A DNA stretch of 64,000 bases from a virus (taxonomy: Duplodnaviria > Caudoviricetes): IMG/VR virus record IMGVR_UViG_3300027621_000007, positions 180 to 64,179 of that record. The stretch is one strand, 5' to 3'. The notes under the pieces were generated by a model. The model searched no databases. It had not been told where the DNA came from and saw only the letters and a program-made list of their open reading frames with translations. This document shows positions 32,813-43,099 of the stretch, piece after piece. How positions within the stretch are numbered: position 1 is the first letter of the stretch; every line of letters begins with the position of its first letter. The position numbers were made by a program, and so were the translations under genes.

Positions 32813-33316
32813 TTAAAGTTGTCTTACCTCTAGTGCCAAGAAGCCGGAAGCTTCAAGAACCTCTTGCGAGATAAGCGATGGAAGACCTGCCATTTCTGTA
32901 ACAAGCGATTGCTTGTCATAGGCCGGGTAAAGAATGCAGATTTCAGTAATTGCTTCTTCATTCCAAAGATTTGCTTCACTTTGAGTCAGTTGACCTGCCT
33001 GCACAAGTTGTTCCATCTTCTTAACGAGGTTTTTGTATTCAAGTCTGTTTAAAGTTCTCCAAGCAATATGCTTGTCGTAGGTGATTGAGGTTACGTAAAC
33101 ATCACCATATTCTTTTTTCCACATTTTGATCTGACCAGCTGTTGGTCCACCTGGCCAAATGAGTTCGTCATCAGGTAAATCGTCTACACCCAATGGTGTT
33201 TCTTCTTCTGTTATTTGTGCTTCAGGGGTTTCGGTAAAAACCGTTACCTTATCTGCGCCTACTTCTTCTGCAATTTCTGGCTCGTCTTTTACTACAACTT
33301 TTCTAGCTTGGTTCAT
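32813..33316 (-). CDS. Tail assembly chaperone-like protein 1
   Basis: IKMWKKEYGDVY, WRTLNRLEY, AGLPSLISQEVLEASGF; typical chaperone size and position. Confidence 0.6.
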   Translation of the reverse strand: MNQARKVVVKDEPEIAEEVGADKVTVFTETPEAQITEEETPLGVDDLPDDELIWPGGPTAGQIKMWKKEYGDVYVTSITYDKHIAWRTLNRLEYKNLVKKMEQLVQAGQLTQSEANLWNEEAITEICILYPAYDKQSLVTEMAGLPSLISQEVLEASGFLALEVRQL

Positions 33317-33387
33317 TTTTTTCTCCTATTAACTATAGTCACATTAAAAATTATATCACATATTTTCTATTAAGTTTTTATACTATT

Positions 33388-34443
33388 TTAATCTTCAAAA
33401 AATACTGCCCTATCCCTTATGGTCAAAAGCTGTTCTTCAGTAGGAGCTGCCTGCACCTTATTCGGATCTGTTTGCAAGGAGCCCTTTTGCTCATTTACGG
33501 TTAAAGTACCATTTTCTGGTTCTTTAAGTTTTCCATCTGATACGTACATATCTCTTGCCGTAAAATCGTATGATTCAACAACTAGCATACCACCCGGAGA
33601 ATAGCTCGTGCTCATCGAGTTTAAGTGAACACTTTGTAAAACAATATCCATTTGAAATGGACCAGATGGATTTCTTTGTACTAGCCTGTCATTAATATCA
33701 AGAGACATTAACCTATCAAGGGTGTCGTAGTTTGAGTCACTTTGAGTACCCTCGTTTCTAGCTAGTGTAGTCATTGAACCTTCTTGGGTTCCATATTTTA
33801 TAACAAAGTTAAAAGGTGGGTGAGCGCTAAAAATGTTTCTGTTATCTGAACCCCTGCCGTCTGATCCAAGTCTATCTAGCTGACTGTTAGCCCAAAACTT
33901 TTGTACATTTTTTTCATCTTCAATATCTTCTGAATCACTTCTTAGATATGATTGAATTTGAGAAGTTGGTTTATCAGAATAAAAATCAGTTCTTACTTTA
34001 GCTGCTTTAGATAAAAGATCTTTCATTCTTCCGGGGTATCTACTATGTATGGTCATTTGTCCAGACACAATTCTCGTACCAGTCATCATCACATCATAGT
34101 TATAGGACCAAAATCCATACAGTGGAGCTTTTTGTTGAGTAATTGAAAATGCAAATGCTGCTATATCTAATTCATCTCCGGCATCAAAAAGTCCATCGAT
34201 GTAGACTTTAATATCTTCACCGCTAAAATAATAATCATAATAATTATTAAATTTATTTGTATCGTCTACTTTTCCTGCCCATTGCAAATCTATGTCTTCG
34301 TTCAATGGATCAAAAGATTGTGGATTAATTAAAGAAAAATCATTATTTTCTTTTGATATTTGAATCTCTGGTGGCAGATAAGAACTGAATGGCCTATACG
34401 GTTTCCTGCCTATTATTCTTCCGTAATCAATTGGTCCTGCCAT
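33388..34443 (-). CDS. Tail tube-like structural protein, paralogue 3
   Basis: YFSGEDI, QQKAPLYG, GTRIVSGQMTI, PPFNFVI, ESYDFTARD shared with the two upstream genes. Confidence 0.6.
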   Translation of the reverse strand: MAGPIDYGRIIGRKPYRPFSSYLPPEIQISKENNDFSLINPQSFDPLNEDIDLQWAGKVDDTNKFNNYYDYYFSGEDIKVYIDGLFDAGDELDIAAFAFSITQQKAPLYGFWSYNYDVMMTGTRIVSGQMTIHSRYPGRMKDLLSKAAKVRTDFYSDKPTSQIQSYLRSDSEDIEDEKNVQKFWANSQLDRLGSDGRGSDNRNIFSAHPPFNFVIKYGTQEGSMTTLARNEGTQSDSNYDTLDRLMSLDINDRLVQRNPSGPFQMDIVLQSVHLNSMSTSYSPGGMLVVESYDFTARDMYVSDGKLKEPENGTLTVNEQKGSLQTDPNKVQAAPTEEQLLTIRDRAVFFED

Positions 34444-34446
34444 AAA

Positions 34447-35187
34447 TTACTCTGGCTTTCTTATTCTATCAATGAACGTAGTATATTCTACCATCTTATC
34501 TTCACCATAGTAATTTTTTTGTCTCTCTTTATAAACTGCGCTTTCATCTGGTCCGAGCAACATTGGGTCATGATCCATAGAAAGTAATGGCTGTATCCCC
34601 CTTGCCATAAAAGTATAAGTTTGTTCAGTTATTAAGTCATCAACGGACATAGTCTGGCCTTCGTCTACTATAGTAACACCATATATTTTCATCTTGGCAC
34701 CGAGGCCGTACTCATTAAAAAATGTTAAAACAATATCAAATGGTGGAAGCATGTCTGCTAATGGAGCAAAAAATAAACCTGTTTCAGCCATTATCTGTCT
34801 ATATTCTTTTATTCTATAAAAAGCATATTCGTTAAAGACTGTAAAAATTAAGGATCCAGCAATTGTTCTTCCGCCCTTAACGAAACCTCTTGGGTTTACG
34901 TGTCCTATTGTTCTAACGGGAGCGTTTTCTCTGTGTATTGAATACGAGATTGTTTGTATTTCGGCCAGCTCTAAGATATCCATGGAGCTTATTGTGCCGC
35001 CAACTCTATCTATAACTGGAATAACCATTGTAGCTGAAATATCTGTTCCAGCAAATGACATATTGGAAAACGGATCTGGCAATCCTTTTTCTGCTCTTAT
35101 CTTATTTATAGCAGTTGTGTCATAAAGATTTTTGTTACTAAACGATTTAAAATCACGCTTGATTGGTAGGGGATCGATTATGTCCAT
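34447..35187 (-). CDS. Tail tube-like structural protein, paralogue 2
   Basis: SFAGTDI, RENAPVRTIG, GGRTIAGSLIF, LPPFDIVLTFFNEYG, EQTYTFMARGI. Confidence 0.65.
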   Translation of the reverse strand: MDIIDPLPIKRDFKSFSNKNLYDTTAINKIRAEKGLPDPFSNMSFAGTDISATMVIPVIDRVGGTISSMDILELAEIQTISYSIHRENAPVRTIGHVNPRGFVKGGRTIAGSLIFTVFNEYAFYRIKEYRQIMAETGLFFAPLADMLPPFDIVLTFFNEYGLGAKMKIYGVTIVDEGQTMSVDDLITEQTYTFMARGIQPLLSMDHDPMLLGPDESAVYKERQKNYYGEDKMVEYTTFIDRIRKPE

Positions 35188-35207
35188 GTTGTCCTATCTT
35201 TGTGTTT

Positions 35208-35251
35208 AAAAACAGATATGGAGGACCAGAGTTTCCCCCGTCCTCCATATC
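35208..35251 (-). terminator. Rho-independent terminator after the major tube gene
   Basis: Perfect 12-bp inverted repeat GATATGGAGGAC (35215-35226) / GTCCTCCATATC (35240-35251), followed on the minus strand by TGTTTTT. Confidence 0.8.
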
Positions 35252-35276
35252 AACTTACTTTTAATTATTTAATAAC

Positions 35277-35975
35277 TTATGGTCTAATTATCTTAGGATT
35301 GAGACCTGCGTCTGCTACCGTGTCCTTATTGATAATATCTCTTAGATCACCCGTATTAAATTTGCCATTGGCCAACTGATCAGTGGTTATTCTGTACATT
35401 GGTCCGATTTCTCTGGCAACATAAGTCATCGTTTCTTCGATAACAATGTCGTCCATCGAAGCGCCAGAACCCTCATTGAGAAGTTCAACGCCGTAGATCG
35501 AGCGAACTGCACCTTGGCCGTATTCGTTAGCAAAGGTAATTGTTATGTCGAACGGAGGAATTTGGTCAGCATAGAATGGAACCTGTGATACTATATCAGA
35601 ATCCTGTGATGAGAACTCTGCAATACCACGCTTGTGTCCTACGTCGCCTGGAAGAGTATTATGTCTTCTGGTGTAGAACATTTGCGGATTGTCCTTCTGG
35701 TGGTTGGCATCAAGCATCTGGTAAAGAGCTGGACGGTCAAACACTGTAAAGATCAATGAGCCTGCGATTCCACGCTTGCCTCTTGAAAACGATCTTGGGT
35801 TTGGTGAACCCATTGTATAGATAGGAGCCTTCTCTCTCGTTACCGAGAAAGTAATTCCTGAAAGAGCTCCAATTTCGATGCCACCAAAAGTAGCTACGAT
35901 ATCTGCTCCTGAGAACGTAGTATAAGTATTGAGATACTTATTAACCGCGTTATCGTAATAGTCTGAACCAGCCAT
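35277..35975 (-). CDS. Major tail tube protein (probable)
   Basis: Immediately downstream of the sheath gene, strong SD (GGAGGG), followed by a terminator; TFSGADI, REKAPIYTMG, RGKRGIAGSLIF, IPPFDITITFANEYG. Confidence 0.7.
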   Translation of the reverse strand: MAGSDYYDNAVNKYLNTYTTFSGADIVATFGGIEIGALSGITFSVTREKAPIYTMGSPNPRSFSRGKRGIAGSLIFTVFDRPALYQMLDANHQKDNPQMFYTRRHNTLPGDVGHKRGIAEFSSQDSDIVSQVPFYADQIPPFDITITFANEYGQGAVRSIYGVELLNEGSGASMDDIVIEETMTYVAREIGPMYRITTDQLANGKFNTGDLRDIINKDTVADAGLNPKIIRP

Positions 35976-36013
35976 ATTATACCCTCCAAATCGGTATATT
36001 AATTATATGATTA

Positions 36014-37297
36014 TTATATTGTGACAGCTACTTGAACTTCAATGTTCTTGAGTTCAAATGCTGGCGTTATTACTAGGTCAACAAACGCCTTGTTTTCTGC
36101 TGGCCAGTAACTTACTGTGAAGTCACTGTCGAGCAAGGCTCCTACTTGTTGCATCCCCTTTAATGCCGAAGTAATGGCTGTTTCCATTGAGTTGCGTGTC
36201 TGCAACGTGGATGCCTCGCCAACAAACTTCGTGCAAACTTGTCTTACTAATAGAGCTGCTTCGGTAACAATTCTCATTGTTGAGATTCTTGTGTAGTCCG
36301 AAGTTGCTGCTGCCATTGTTAAACCCTCAACAAAAGTAGGAACCTTATTGAAATTTAATGCAATAAAGTTTACACCAAGTTCAGAAAGACCGTTCTGGTG
36401 TGTTCTTGTTGGGTTGTATCTTAGAGAGGCAACGTTGTAAGCAGTTTTGTTAACTGGTGAAGTGAACGAAGACATTCTGCTAATTGCCGCTGCAAATGTG
36501 GTTGCACCATTAGTGTAACCCCACGCTTCTGGATAATTAACTGGCTTGAGCTCTGAAGCAATAACTACAACGTGTCTTCCGATCTCCTTGAATAGACCGT
36601 CTCCATTTGTTCCAAACTCCGTAACTGCGTTTCTGCTAATTAAGTTAGCAGGACCAGCTGCTGAGTTGTAAATGTGTGAAGAAACTTGTGCTGGAGTCAT
36701 GAATTGTGAAGTTCCAACAAATGCCTTGATGCCCATGATCGCAAAACATGCGTGTGAGTTCTCGGAAATTTGCTTTACTTTGTAAGCTATTTTTCCTGCC
36801 CAGCTATTTGCAGATGCTGCGTTGTTTGCATAAAAGCCATACTCTTCGTCGTCACCTGGAGTTGCAGGATCTTGCCACTCGCTTGAGTGAGTTCCGCGAC
36901 CCCATGGAACAATAATGTCTGGCTGTGCGGCCTCTGCTGATTCAAATGCTGCGTCAAAGACGTTTCCTCCGCCTGATGCTGCATACGTTGTACTGGTGAT
37001 TGAACCAGTAGTATGATTGAAAACTGAGTCTGCTGGAAGTGGAACGATATAAACCCTATTGGCTCCACCTGCTACAAGTTCAAAATATCCTCTATGGATT
37101 TGTGAATTTTCGCCAAATGCCGTGATAACGTCTTGTTCGCCAGTAGCTTCTACAACGTCAAGATCTTGAACGTTGCCCGTGGTACTGACGGTTGATCTTT
37201 TAGCAATCAAAACAATTCTCGGACCAACAGGAATATCCTGTCTAGAGATGCTATAAAATCTATCTTTAATTATTGTTCTTACACCTGGTAAAGCCAT
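36014..37297 (-). CDS. Tail sheath protein
   Basis: N-terminal ALPGV; C-terminal sheath domain ISTMRIV...FVGE...ITSALKGMQQVGAL..VDLVITPAFELKNIEVQV; SD GGAGG. Confidence 0.85.
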   Translation of the reverse strand: MALPGVRTIIKDRFYSISRQDIPVGPRIVLIAKRSTVSTTGNVQDLDVVEATGEQDVITAFGENSQIHRGYFELVAGGANRVYIVPLPADSVFNHTTGSITSTTYAASGGGNVFDAAFESAEAAQPDIIVPWGRGTHSSEWQDPATPGDDEEYGFYANNAASANSWAGKIAYKVKQISENSHACFAIMGIKAFVGTSQFMTPAQVSSHIYNSAAGPANLISRNAVTEFGTNGDGLFKEIGRHVVVIASELKPVNYPEAWGYTNGATTFAAAISRMSSFTSPVNKTAYNVASLRYNPTRTHQNGLSELGVNFIALNFNKVPTFVEGLTMAAATSDYTRISTMRIVTEAALLVRQVCTKFVGEASTLQTRNSMETAITSALKGMQQVGALLDSDFTVSYWPAENKAFVDLVITPAFELKNIEVQVAVTI

Positions 37298-37343
37298 TGT
37301 ACTTAAACCTCCGCTTGCAGCATTTGTGTTTTTATTTCATTGA

Positions 37344-37351
37344 TATAGTAA
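37344..37351 (-). promoter_or_regulatory. Putative phage late-promoter motif TTACTATA
   Basis: The same octamer recurs in intergenic DNA 28-47 nt upstream of five minus-strand starts. Confidence 0.55.
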
Positions 37352-37383
37352 TGGTGGGTGATTAAAAACAAACTACATAAATA

Positions 37384-38121
37384 CTATGAATTTGGAGTAG
37401 CACTCTGGTTTAAGTCAATTATGTTAAGAGACGTCCCATCAAAAGATGGGGTAGAGCCATTATAATACTGGTCCCATAGCTCTTTTTCGTAAGCCATATA
37501 TCTTCTGACATCTACGCAAATCTCTTCAATTTTCTGAACTTCCATAGCAAAGAGCTTTTCTGTGGTTAACATGTAGCTTACGGTTCTCTTGTTAATGTCT
37601 GCGGAACCTCTATTTTCCTCAGAATCAGACATTCTTCTGGCGTAAACCAACTCTGAGGCTCCCAGTCTTTTAAAAACTGGAGTATATTCCAACATAAAGT
37701 CTTCAAAAGCTTCTATTATTTGATCAGCTACTTCTGGACCAGAAGACCTACCTACGCTGCCTCTTAATTGGGCTCCTTCAGTAGTTTCTGTAATGACAGT
37801 AAAACTAACTATGTTTTGAAATCTTTGTCCAAAAACAGCAATATCATTGCTTGGGGCCATTCTTGTTCTTGGCTTGGGCTCAGAAGAATGAGTTCTTCTT
37901 AACTCTAGCCCATAAATTATAACTGGGTATTCAGCGTAGTCGCCTGACTGTGTAGGCTTTATTTTTATCGATGGATAGGCATTTTCCCAAAGTGCTTTAA
38001 CGGCTGTTATAAATTCTAGATATGTTAGATTGCCTTGAGCTTGTAGTGGGGCTCCAAACATTCTATTGTAATCAATTTCATTAATGTGTGAAGATGGAAA
38101 TCTAATTTGGTTTTGTGCCAT
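37384..38121 (-). CDS. Tail terminator / completion protein (probable)
   Basis: Position between neck and sheath genes; alpha/beta pattern (YPVIIY..., ADQIIEAFEDFM). Confidence 0.5.
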   Translation of the reverse strand: MAQNQIRFPSSHINEIDYNRMFGAPLQAQGNLTYLEFITAVKALWENAYPSIKIKPTQSGDYAEYPVIIYGLELRRTHSSEPKPRTRMAPSNDIAVFGQRFQNIVSFTVITETTEGAQLRGSVGRSSGPEVADQIIEAFEDFMLEYTPVFKRLGASELVYARRMSDSEENRGSADINKRTVSYMLTTEKLFAMEVQKIEEICVDVRRYMAYEKELWDQYYNGSTPSFDGTSLNIIDLNQSATPNS

Positions 38122-39716
38122 TATACACCTCTGCCTGTTGCTATGTTAAAAGATATCTGTCTTAGTGTTCTAGATGATTTTAGTGTTATATTAAGATATA
38201 TTTTACCCTTAACGGTTTTGTCTGCATACAAATCTAATTGATAATCTCTTATGATATCATTCTGTGGATGTTTTAGAAATTCTAAAAGTGCTTCAACTTT
38301 TGCCTTTAATTTAGAGTAAGCAAATTTTCCTATTGAATTTTTGCCTATTGCTTGAACTTCTCCTATAACCATCGCTGCTAGTCTAACATTTGAAACGTCC
38401 TTAAAGGATTCGCTTATAGACTGTGTGTAGTCGCTACTTAGATAGACGTCATATGGTCCACCAAATTTTCTTGATCTTCCACCTCTTGTCAACGCATTAA
38501 TTCCTTTTGCGTTAAGTTTCTTAACTTCATCAGTAGATAAATCGACGCCAAATATTGATAGGGCTGCAGGTATTCTTTTCTTACTTAGGCCAATGTTTAC
38601 CTGCGTGGAACTAATCATGCCAGCTACTGCAGCTGCTGCAGATGCTGCGTAACTTCTTTGAATCTGCTTATGATTAAAAATCATTTCTCCATAAACTAAA
38701 ATAACATGTTTACCAGTATCTTTGTAAATAATTCCAGCTAAATCAACTGTTGATTCAATTTCAAAATCTTTCACTAATAAACTTGCCGTATCAGTAGCGT
38801 TTATTCCATCTGTTCTAGAGCCGATTATTCCTATTGTTATTTCTCCGCAAGTAGCCTGTACCGCATTACAGTAGTTGGCAAGTTGTTTAACAAAATTAAC
38901 TGTTCCAGTATCTATTATCGAAGTTTCTAAGGGAACAACAATATCAAAAAAATCATACTCTTTTAACATGTTGTAACATTCAGCAAGTCTATTGTAGTAA
39001 AGTTGATAAAAAGTAGCAGTAGTATTAACGGCATCTATAAACTTTGCTGAATTTCTTTCTGAAACTTTTTCTACATATTCACTCATATATCCAGCAGACA
39101 TTATATATATATCTCTTGCTCCACAACTGTAAGCGTCGAACATACCTCTAAGGAGTGGTGAATTAAAATCAGCTCTTAATAAATTTATACCATCTTGAAT
39201 TGAACTTATCTTTTGTATACCATACGGTTCCATAGCATCAGTGTGACCTATTAGTAATATATTATTTGTATCGAATTGACCAATTTGTCTATACTTTGAT
39301 CGATTATTTACTGCAATTGTTTTTTCAGTTAATGAGTAATTGTCGAAAGAAACATCAACTGTTCCCTTAGTTTGTAGGGCTATTTCTTTTGCGTCAAGTG
39401 CGCCACCGGCCATTGCATTGATTGCAACAGTGTATTCTCCGTCAAAAATATTTGAAGGAATTTTCATATAAAGAGTATATGAACCTTCTGAATTTCTTTC
39501 TACGTAAGTTCCATTTTCAAATGTTTGAATCGTATTTGGACTAGCTGCTAGTGCCTGTGTAATGTTGTATGTATATGGCCCAAGTATTGATGCACCAGCG
39601 CTGTTATAGCCTCTTGTTAAAAAGATGGTTATGTTTGTAGTTGGGTCTACGTAATCATACCCATCCCTATATACAAATGGGATTTCTACTGTTTGGCCAG
39701 GCGATGTTACAAGCAT
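38121..39716 (-). CDS. Second sheath-like protein with N-terminal Ig-like domain
   Basis: Sheath-like C-terminus (KLNAKGINAL, VSNVRLAAMVI, IIRDYQLD...IYLNITLK); the N-terminal ~120 aa look like a beta-sandwich. Confidence 0.65.
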   Translation of the reverse strand: MLVTSPGQTVEIPFVYRDGYDYVDPTTNITIFLTRGYNSAGASILGPYTYNITQALAASPNTIQTFENGTYVERNSEGSYTLYMKIPSNIFDGEYTVAINAMAGGALDAKEIALQTKGTVDVSFDNYSLTEKTIAVNNRSKYRQIGQFDTNNILLIGHTDAMEPYGIQKISSIQDGINLLRADFNSPLLRGMFDAYSCGARDIYIMSAGYMSEYVEKVSERNSAKFIDAVNTTATFYQLYYNRLAECYNMLKEYDFFDIVVPLETSIIDTGTVNFVKQLANYCNAVQATCGEITIGIIGSRTDGINATDTASLLVKDFEIESTVDLAGIIYKDTGKHVILVYGEMIFNHKQIQRSYAASAAAAVAGMISSTQVNIGLSKKRIPAALSIFGVDLSTDEVKKLNAKGINALTRGGRSRKFGGPYDVYLSSDYTQSISESFKDVSNVRLAAMVIGEVQAIGKNSIGKFAYSKLKAKVEALLEFLKHPQNDIIRDYQLDLYADKTVKGKIYLNITLKSSRTLRQISFNIATGRGV

Positions 39717-39719
39717 AGT

Positions 39720-40100
39720 TTAACTCATCGGACTTTCTTTTGTAGCTCCAACTGTCCAGAACTCAATCTTTCCATTTTTTCCTCTAACTGGATAGCACTC
39801 TTCGATCACGTATAAGATTTGATTTTCTAAACCAGAAGAAATTTCCTCGTATATTCTATCGCCTGATTTTGGGTTGATTGCAGGTGCAAAGTAATAAATT
39901 CTGTCAGAGTTAATTATAACACCTTCTGTGGTCTCTTCTTTGGTGGAAGCCAGATATCTTGATGCCGCAGTTATGTGTCTTGTTGTGACTTTTTCAAATC
40001 TATCAGAGTATACTCCATCATCGGAGAGTCTTCTTTGGATCAGAACGTCATGACCCCATTCTCTTAATATCTTTTGAAAAGCTTTTGCGGTATTAATCAT
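39720..40100 (-). CDS. Head closure / neck protein (probable)
   Basis: ILREWGHDVLIQRR, YYFAPAINPKSGDRIYE pattern typical of head-closure proteins; position. Confidence 0.55.
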   Translation of the reverse strand: MINTAKAFQKILREWGHDVLIQRRLSDDGVYSDRFEKVTTRHITAASRYLASTKEETTEGVIINSDRIYYFAPAINPKSGDRIYEEISSGLENQILYVIEECYPVRGKNGKIEFWTVGATKESPMS

Positions 40101-40992
40101 ACTGTCTTAGTCTTCTATCAACTAGTGTATCGTCTTGTGTAATGTATGAACTTCCAATAGAGTACATGTCTTTGCTCGTTAGATAGATTCTCTTGCCCGT
40201 TCCCGGATCTCTTTCCGTAAGTGAGATTTTTTTATCTGGTATACCCTTTGGAAGCACACCTTTCATTGATACCTTTTTGGCAATAACTTCTCTTCTTAAA
40301 GAAGCAGCTATCTGGCACCAAGTTGTTGCATTCGATCTTGTCGCAATTTGTCTTGGTGCAGATCTGTTTACCACTTCTAGATCACCGAGCTTTAGAGAAA
40401 GCTCATCGTCTCCACCAAATCCATATGTCCTGCTAAGGTCACATGCTGCGGCTGCTTTTATATATTCCAAGACTACGAATGGAAGAGTCAGTGGATCTAC
40501 ATCATCTTTTAATTTATACATCTCTTTTATCTCTAGGGAGTGATGATAAATCATTTCTCCAATTTCTATCAAAGAAGCTTCTGGGAATATTGGCAGTAGT
40601 TCTTCTGGGTCTAGATAAAGCGGCAAAACATCTGGAGCAAATAGTATTGTTTCGTCTGCCCTCAATGTAACCGTTGGCTTGTAATCAGTAGCGTTATTGT
40701 TGGCGTATATGTTTGTCTGAGATGTTATGGTTTTTGGCGGACTGCTGCTTGTGGTACCGGTAAAAGTCACGGAATACGCTCCAGCTACAGTTGGGACGAA
40801 TGGGTAAAACCATTCAGAAACTGATGTTGAAGTTGCATTGGCATTATTGACAATTGGGGTTTCATTTATGTCAACAATAGTTACTTTAACGCTGGTCATA
40901 TTGGCATCTACTTGATTGCCGCTAGAATCTTGGTCTAAGAACTTTACTTTTATTTTGACAGTATCATTCACTAAAACATTGTTTAATGCCAT
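40093..40992 (-). CDS. Neck / head-tail adaptor protein with N-terminal Ig-like domain
   Basis: Thr-rich Ig-like N-half (AGAYSVTFTG); helical C-half with SLKLGDLEV hairpin as in adaptor proteins. Confidence 0.5.
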   Translation of the reverse strand: MALNNVLVNDTVKIKVKFLDQDSSGNQVDANMTSVKVTIVDINETPIVNNANATSTSVSEWFYPFVPTVAGAYSVTFTGTTSSSPPKTITSQTNIYANNNATDYKPTVTLRADETILFAPDVLPLYLDPEELLPIFPEASLIEIGEMIYHHSLEIKEMYKLKDDVDPLTLPFVVLEYIKAAAACDLSRTYGFGGDDELSLKLGDLEVVNRSAPRQIATRSNATTWCQIAASLRREVIAKKVSMKGVLPKGIPDKKISLTERDPGTGKRIYLTSKDMYSIGSSYITQDDTLVDRRLRQYD

Positions 40993-41030
40993 ATTAACTC
41001 CAATTTATCGATATATTTAATAGTACTGAC

Positions 41031-41366
41031 TTAAGCGTTTAATGTAATCTGTCCCTGGCCAGTTGTGCTTGCGCCTACTAGGCCATCGATGGATATCTCT
41101 GCCTCTCCAGTTATACCTATCACGCTAGTGGCTAAGAGAGCCTGTACCTGGTCTGCATTGGCCTCTATACTAATTATGCCTTCTGGACTAACATCTATGC
41201 TAATAACGCTTATAGTTGTAAGGTTTGAATAATCTTGATTTGAAACAAAGAAAAAACTTATATTATTAACAATAATTGGGTTTTCTATACCTGCTACATA
41301 AATGTATAGATCACCGTTATAGGTAGTATTAGCTTGGTTATACGCAATGGATTCATTATAAAGCAT
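41031..41366 (-). CDS. Hypothetical small virion protein
   Basis: 111 aa; YNESIAYNQ..YNG aromatic repeat at the N-terminus; preceded by TTACTATA. Confidence 0.55.
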   Translation of the reverse strand: MLYNESIAYNQANTTYNGDLYIYVAGIENPIIVNNISFFFVSNQDYSNLTTISVISIDVSPEGIISIEANADQVQALLATSVIGITGEAEISIDGLVGASTTGQGQITLNA

Positions 41367-41393
41367 TTTAAACCCTTTAGGATCAGACGGGGT

Positions 41394-41401
41394 TATAGTA
41401 A
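41394..41401 (-). promoter_or_regulatory. Putative late-promoter motif TTACTATA
   Basis: Recurrent intergenic octamer, 28 nt upstream of the ATG at 41366. Confidence 0.5.
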
Positions 41402-41409
41402 CCGTTAAA

Positions 41410-42198
41410 TCAGTATTCTAATCCAGCATCTTTGCGTAGGTTCGGCATCCAGATTCTTGAGTCTCCTTCAAAGTGATGCTCAGGAGTTCCATAAAGAAAA
41501 GAACCAAGGTACGCTATTCTAAGCCCCTTGGTGACGGGTGCAACCTCATGAGTACCTATAAAGTTGGTTGGGTAGATTACAGCAGAGCCAGTCTTTGGCT
41601 TGTGTGTATGCTTAGCGTGTCTATGGGTAATCTCTCCACCTAAGAAATTATATTCATTAAGCTCTTCAGGATTATCCACAGAATCATTTAAGTAAATATT
41701 AACACTTACTTTACTATGCTTTGGATATTCGCTAGCGGGAGCCTTGCCAAATTCGTGAGGTATTTGATCATCGCAGTGAGGTCCTATGTTCTGACCTTTT
41801 TCGTATGTAGCGATGTGCCCCATACCTCTCCACCAGCACACCGTAGAGGCGTCAGGGTAGTGCTTGCAGTACTCGACCAAGATTCTATACATAAGATCTT
41901 CTAGATCAGCTATGAATTGCCCTTGCTGTGGTGTAACAGTTCTATTCGCGCTCCATTTTAATAATGGATCTATAAATCTACTAGGCGCCAATACTACGCC
42001 ATCAGGATCAAATTTAAAACCAGTTCTATTTATTGCGTATCGTTTACCATCTTCTTCAATATAAGTAAAGGTTTCTTCTTCAACCTCTCTTAGATAGTTG
42101 ATATAATCAAAAAGGAATTTTTGGTCTACATCAATACAATCTTTTACTACACATAATCCACTACCAACATCAGTCATGTTTATTTTTGTATCTAACAT
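41410..42198 (-). CDS. 2OG-Fe(II) oxygenase (prolyl 4-hydroxylase-like)
   Basis: HCD ... IYLND ... GGEI ... HEVAPV..GLR facial triad plus 2OG-binding Arg. Confidence 0.9.
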   Translation of the reverse strand: MLDTKINMTDVGSGLCVVKDCIDVDQKFLFDYINYLREVEEETFTYIEEDGKRYAINRTGFKFDPDGVVLAPSRFIDPLLKWSANRTVTPQQGQFIADLEDLMYRILVEYCKHYPDASTVCWWRGMGHIATYEKGQNIGPHCDDQIPHEFGKAPASEYPKHSKVSVNIYLNDSVDNPEELNEYNFLGGEITHRHAKHTHKPKTGSAVIYPTNFIGTHEVAPVTKGLRIAYLGSFLYGTPEHHFEGDSRIWMPNLRKDAGLEY

Positions 42199-42199
42199 A

Positions 42200-43099
42200 T
42201 CAGCTACCGTAACTCGAAACAGTTATTCTATATTGTTCTGAAAATTTATCATATCCCCTATTAAGTAAATGATTTTGATAATCCTTTACAAACGTTGGCA
42301 TGTACACGTTGGTCGAGAGTTGTGCTACCTCTGGATTCTTTAGTGGATCTTCTACGCTCTCTTTAACTTCCATATTTGGAGTTCCTTGGCTGTACCATCC
42401 TAAATAGGAGAATCTTAAACCCTTTTCTACAACCTTTACTTCGTGACCAGCTGTATAAGATGCGGGAAAGAATATGATGTCTCCTCTTTTAGGTTTGTGA
42501 GTTATATCTAAATAGTTGAAATAGTGGTCACCGCCTATAAAGTTTTTCCCATTTAACTCATCTTCATTTTCTACAGAATCATTGAAGTATATTAAGGAAG
42601 CTACAGTGCTACGCATTGCAAGTTGATCTGTAGGAGTCCAAACATCATATATGTAATCAGTACTGATGTCCGAATGAGAACCCAGATATGCTCCTTCTTT
42701 ATAAGAAACAATATGGCCTTTTACCTTCCACCATATGCATTTAAACGCAAGTGGATAGGCTTCTAAGTATTTAAACAAATAGTTATCTCTAGCGGATTCT
42801 AAACCATTTAAAAATTCTATTACTTCTTTTCTTGGATCTTGATGTGCTGCTGATCCTCTGCCTGGCATCCCGTCAATACTGTCTTTGCCAAAAAAGTATC
42901 CGCTTCTATTTACGTATATCTCTTCCCCAGTCTCTGGGTCAATTCCAGGAGTATACATGGCTGCTTTTTCTCTAGCTACAATTTCACTACAAAGGTCAAA
43001 AGAATAGTCTGCATCGAACTCTATGGCAGACCTAAATATAACTACTCCGCCCCCAAGATTTTCTCCCTCTACATCTTTATTCAAAACAAAATTATTCAT
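42200..43099 (-). CDS. 2OG-Fe(II) oxygenase (prolyl 4-hydroxylase-like)
   Basis: HSD ... IYFND ... GG ... HEVKVV..GLR; ATG at 43099 overlaps the end of the upstream gene. Confidence 0.9.
   Translation of the reverse strand: MNNFVLNKDVEGENLGGGVVIFRSAIEFDADYSFDLCSEIVAREKAAMYTPGIDPETGEEIYVNRSGYFFGKDSIDGMPGRGSAAHQDPRKEVIEFLNGLESARDNYLFKYLEAYPLAFKCIWWKVKGHIVSYKEGAYLGSHSDISTDYIYDVWTPTDQLAMRSTVASLIYFNDSVENEDELNGKNFIGGDHYFNYLDITHKPKRGDIIFFPASYTAGHEVKVVEKGLRFSYLGWYSQGTPNMEVKESVEDPLKNPEVAQLSTNVYMPTFVKDYQNHLLNRGYDKFSEQYRITVSSYGS

Noticed and set aside
32808-32860. Classical -1 tail-chaperone (G/GT) frameshift
   Set aside because: No XXXYYYZ slippery heptamer is evident at the end of 32813..33316, and the next gene has its own ATG and is a full paralogue.
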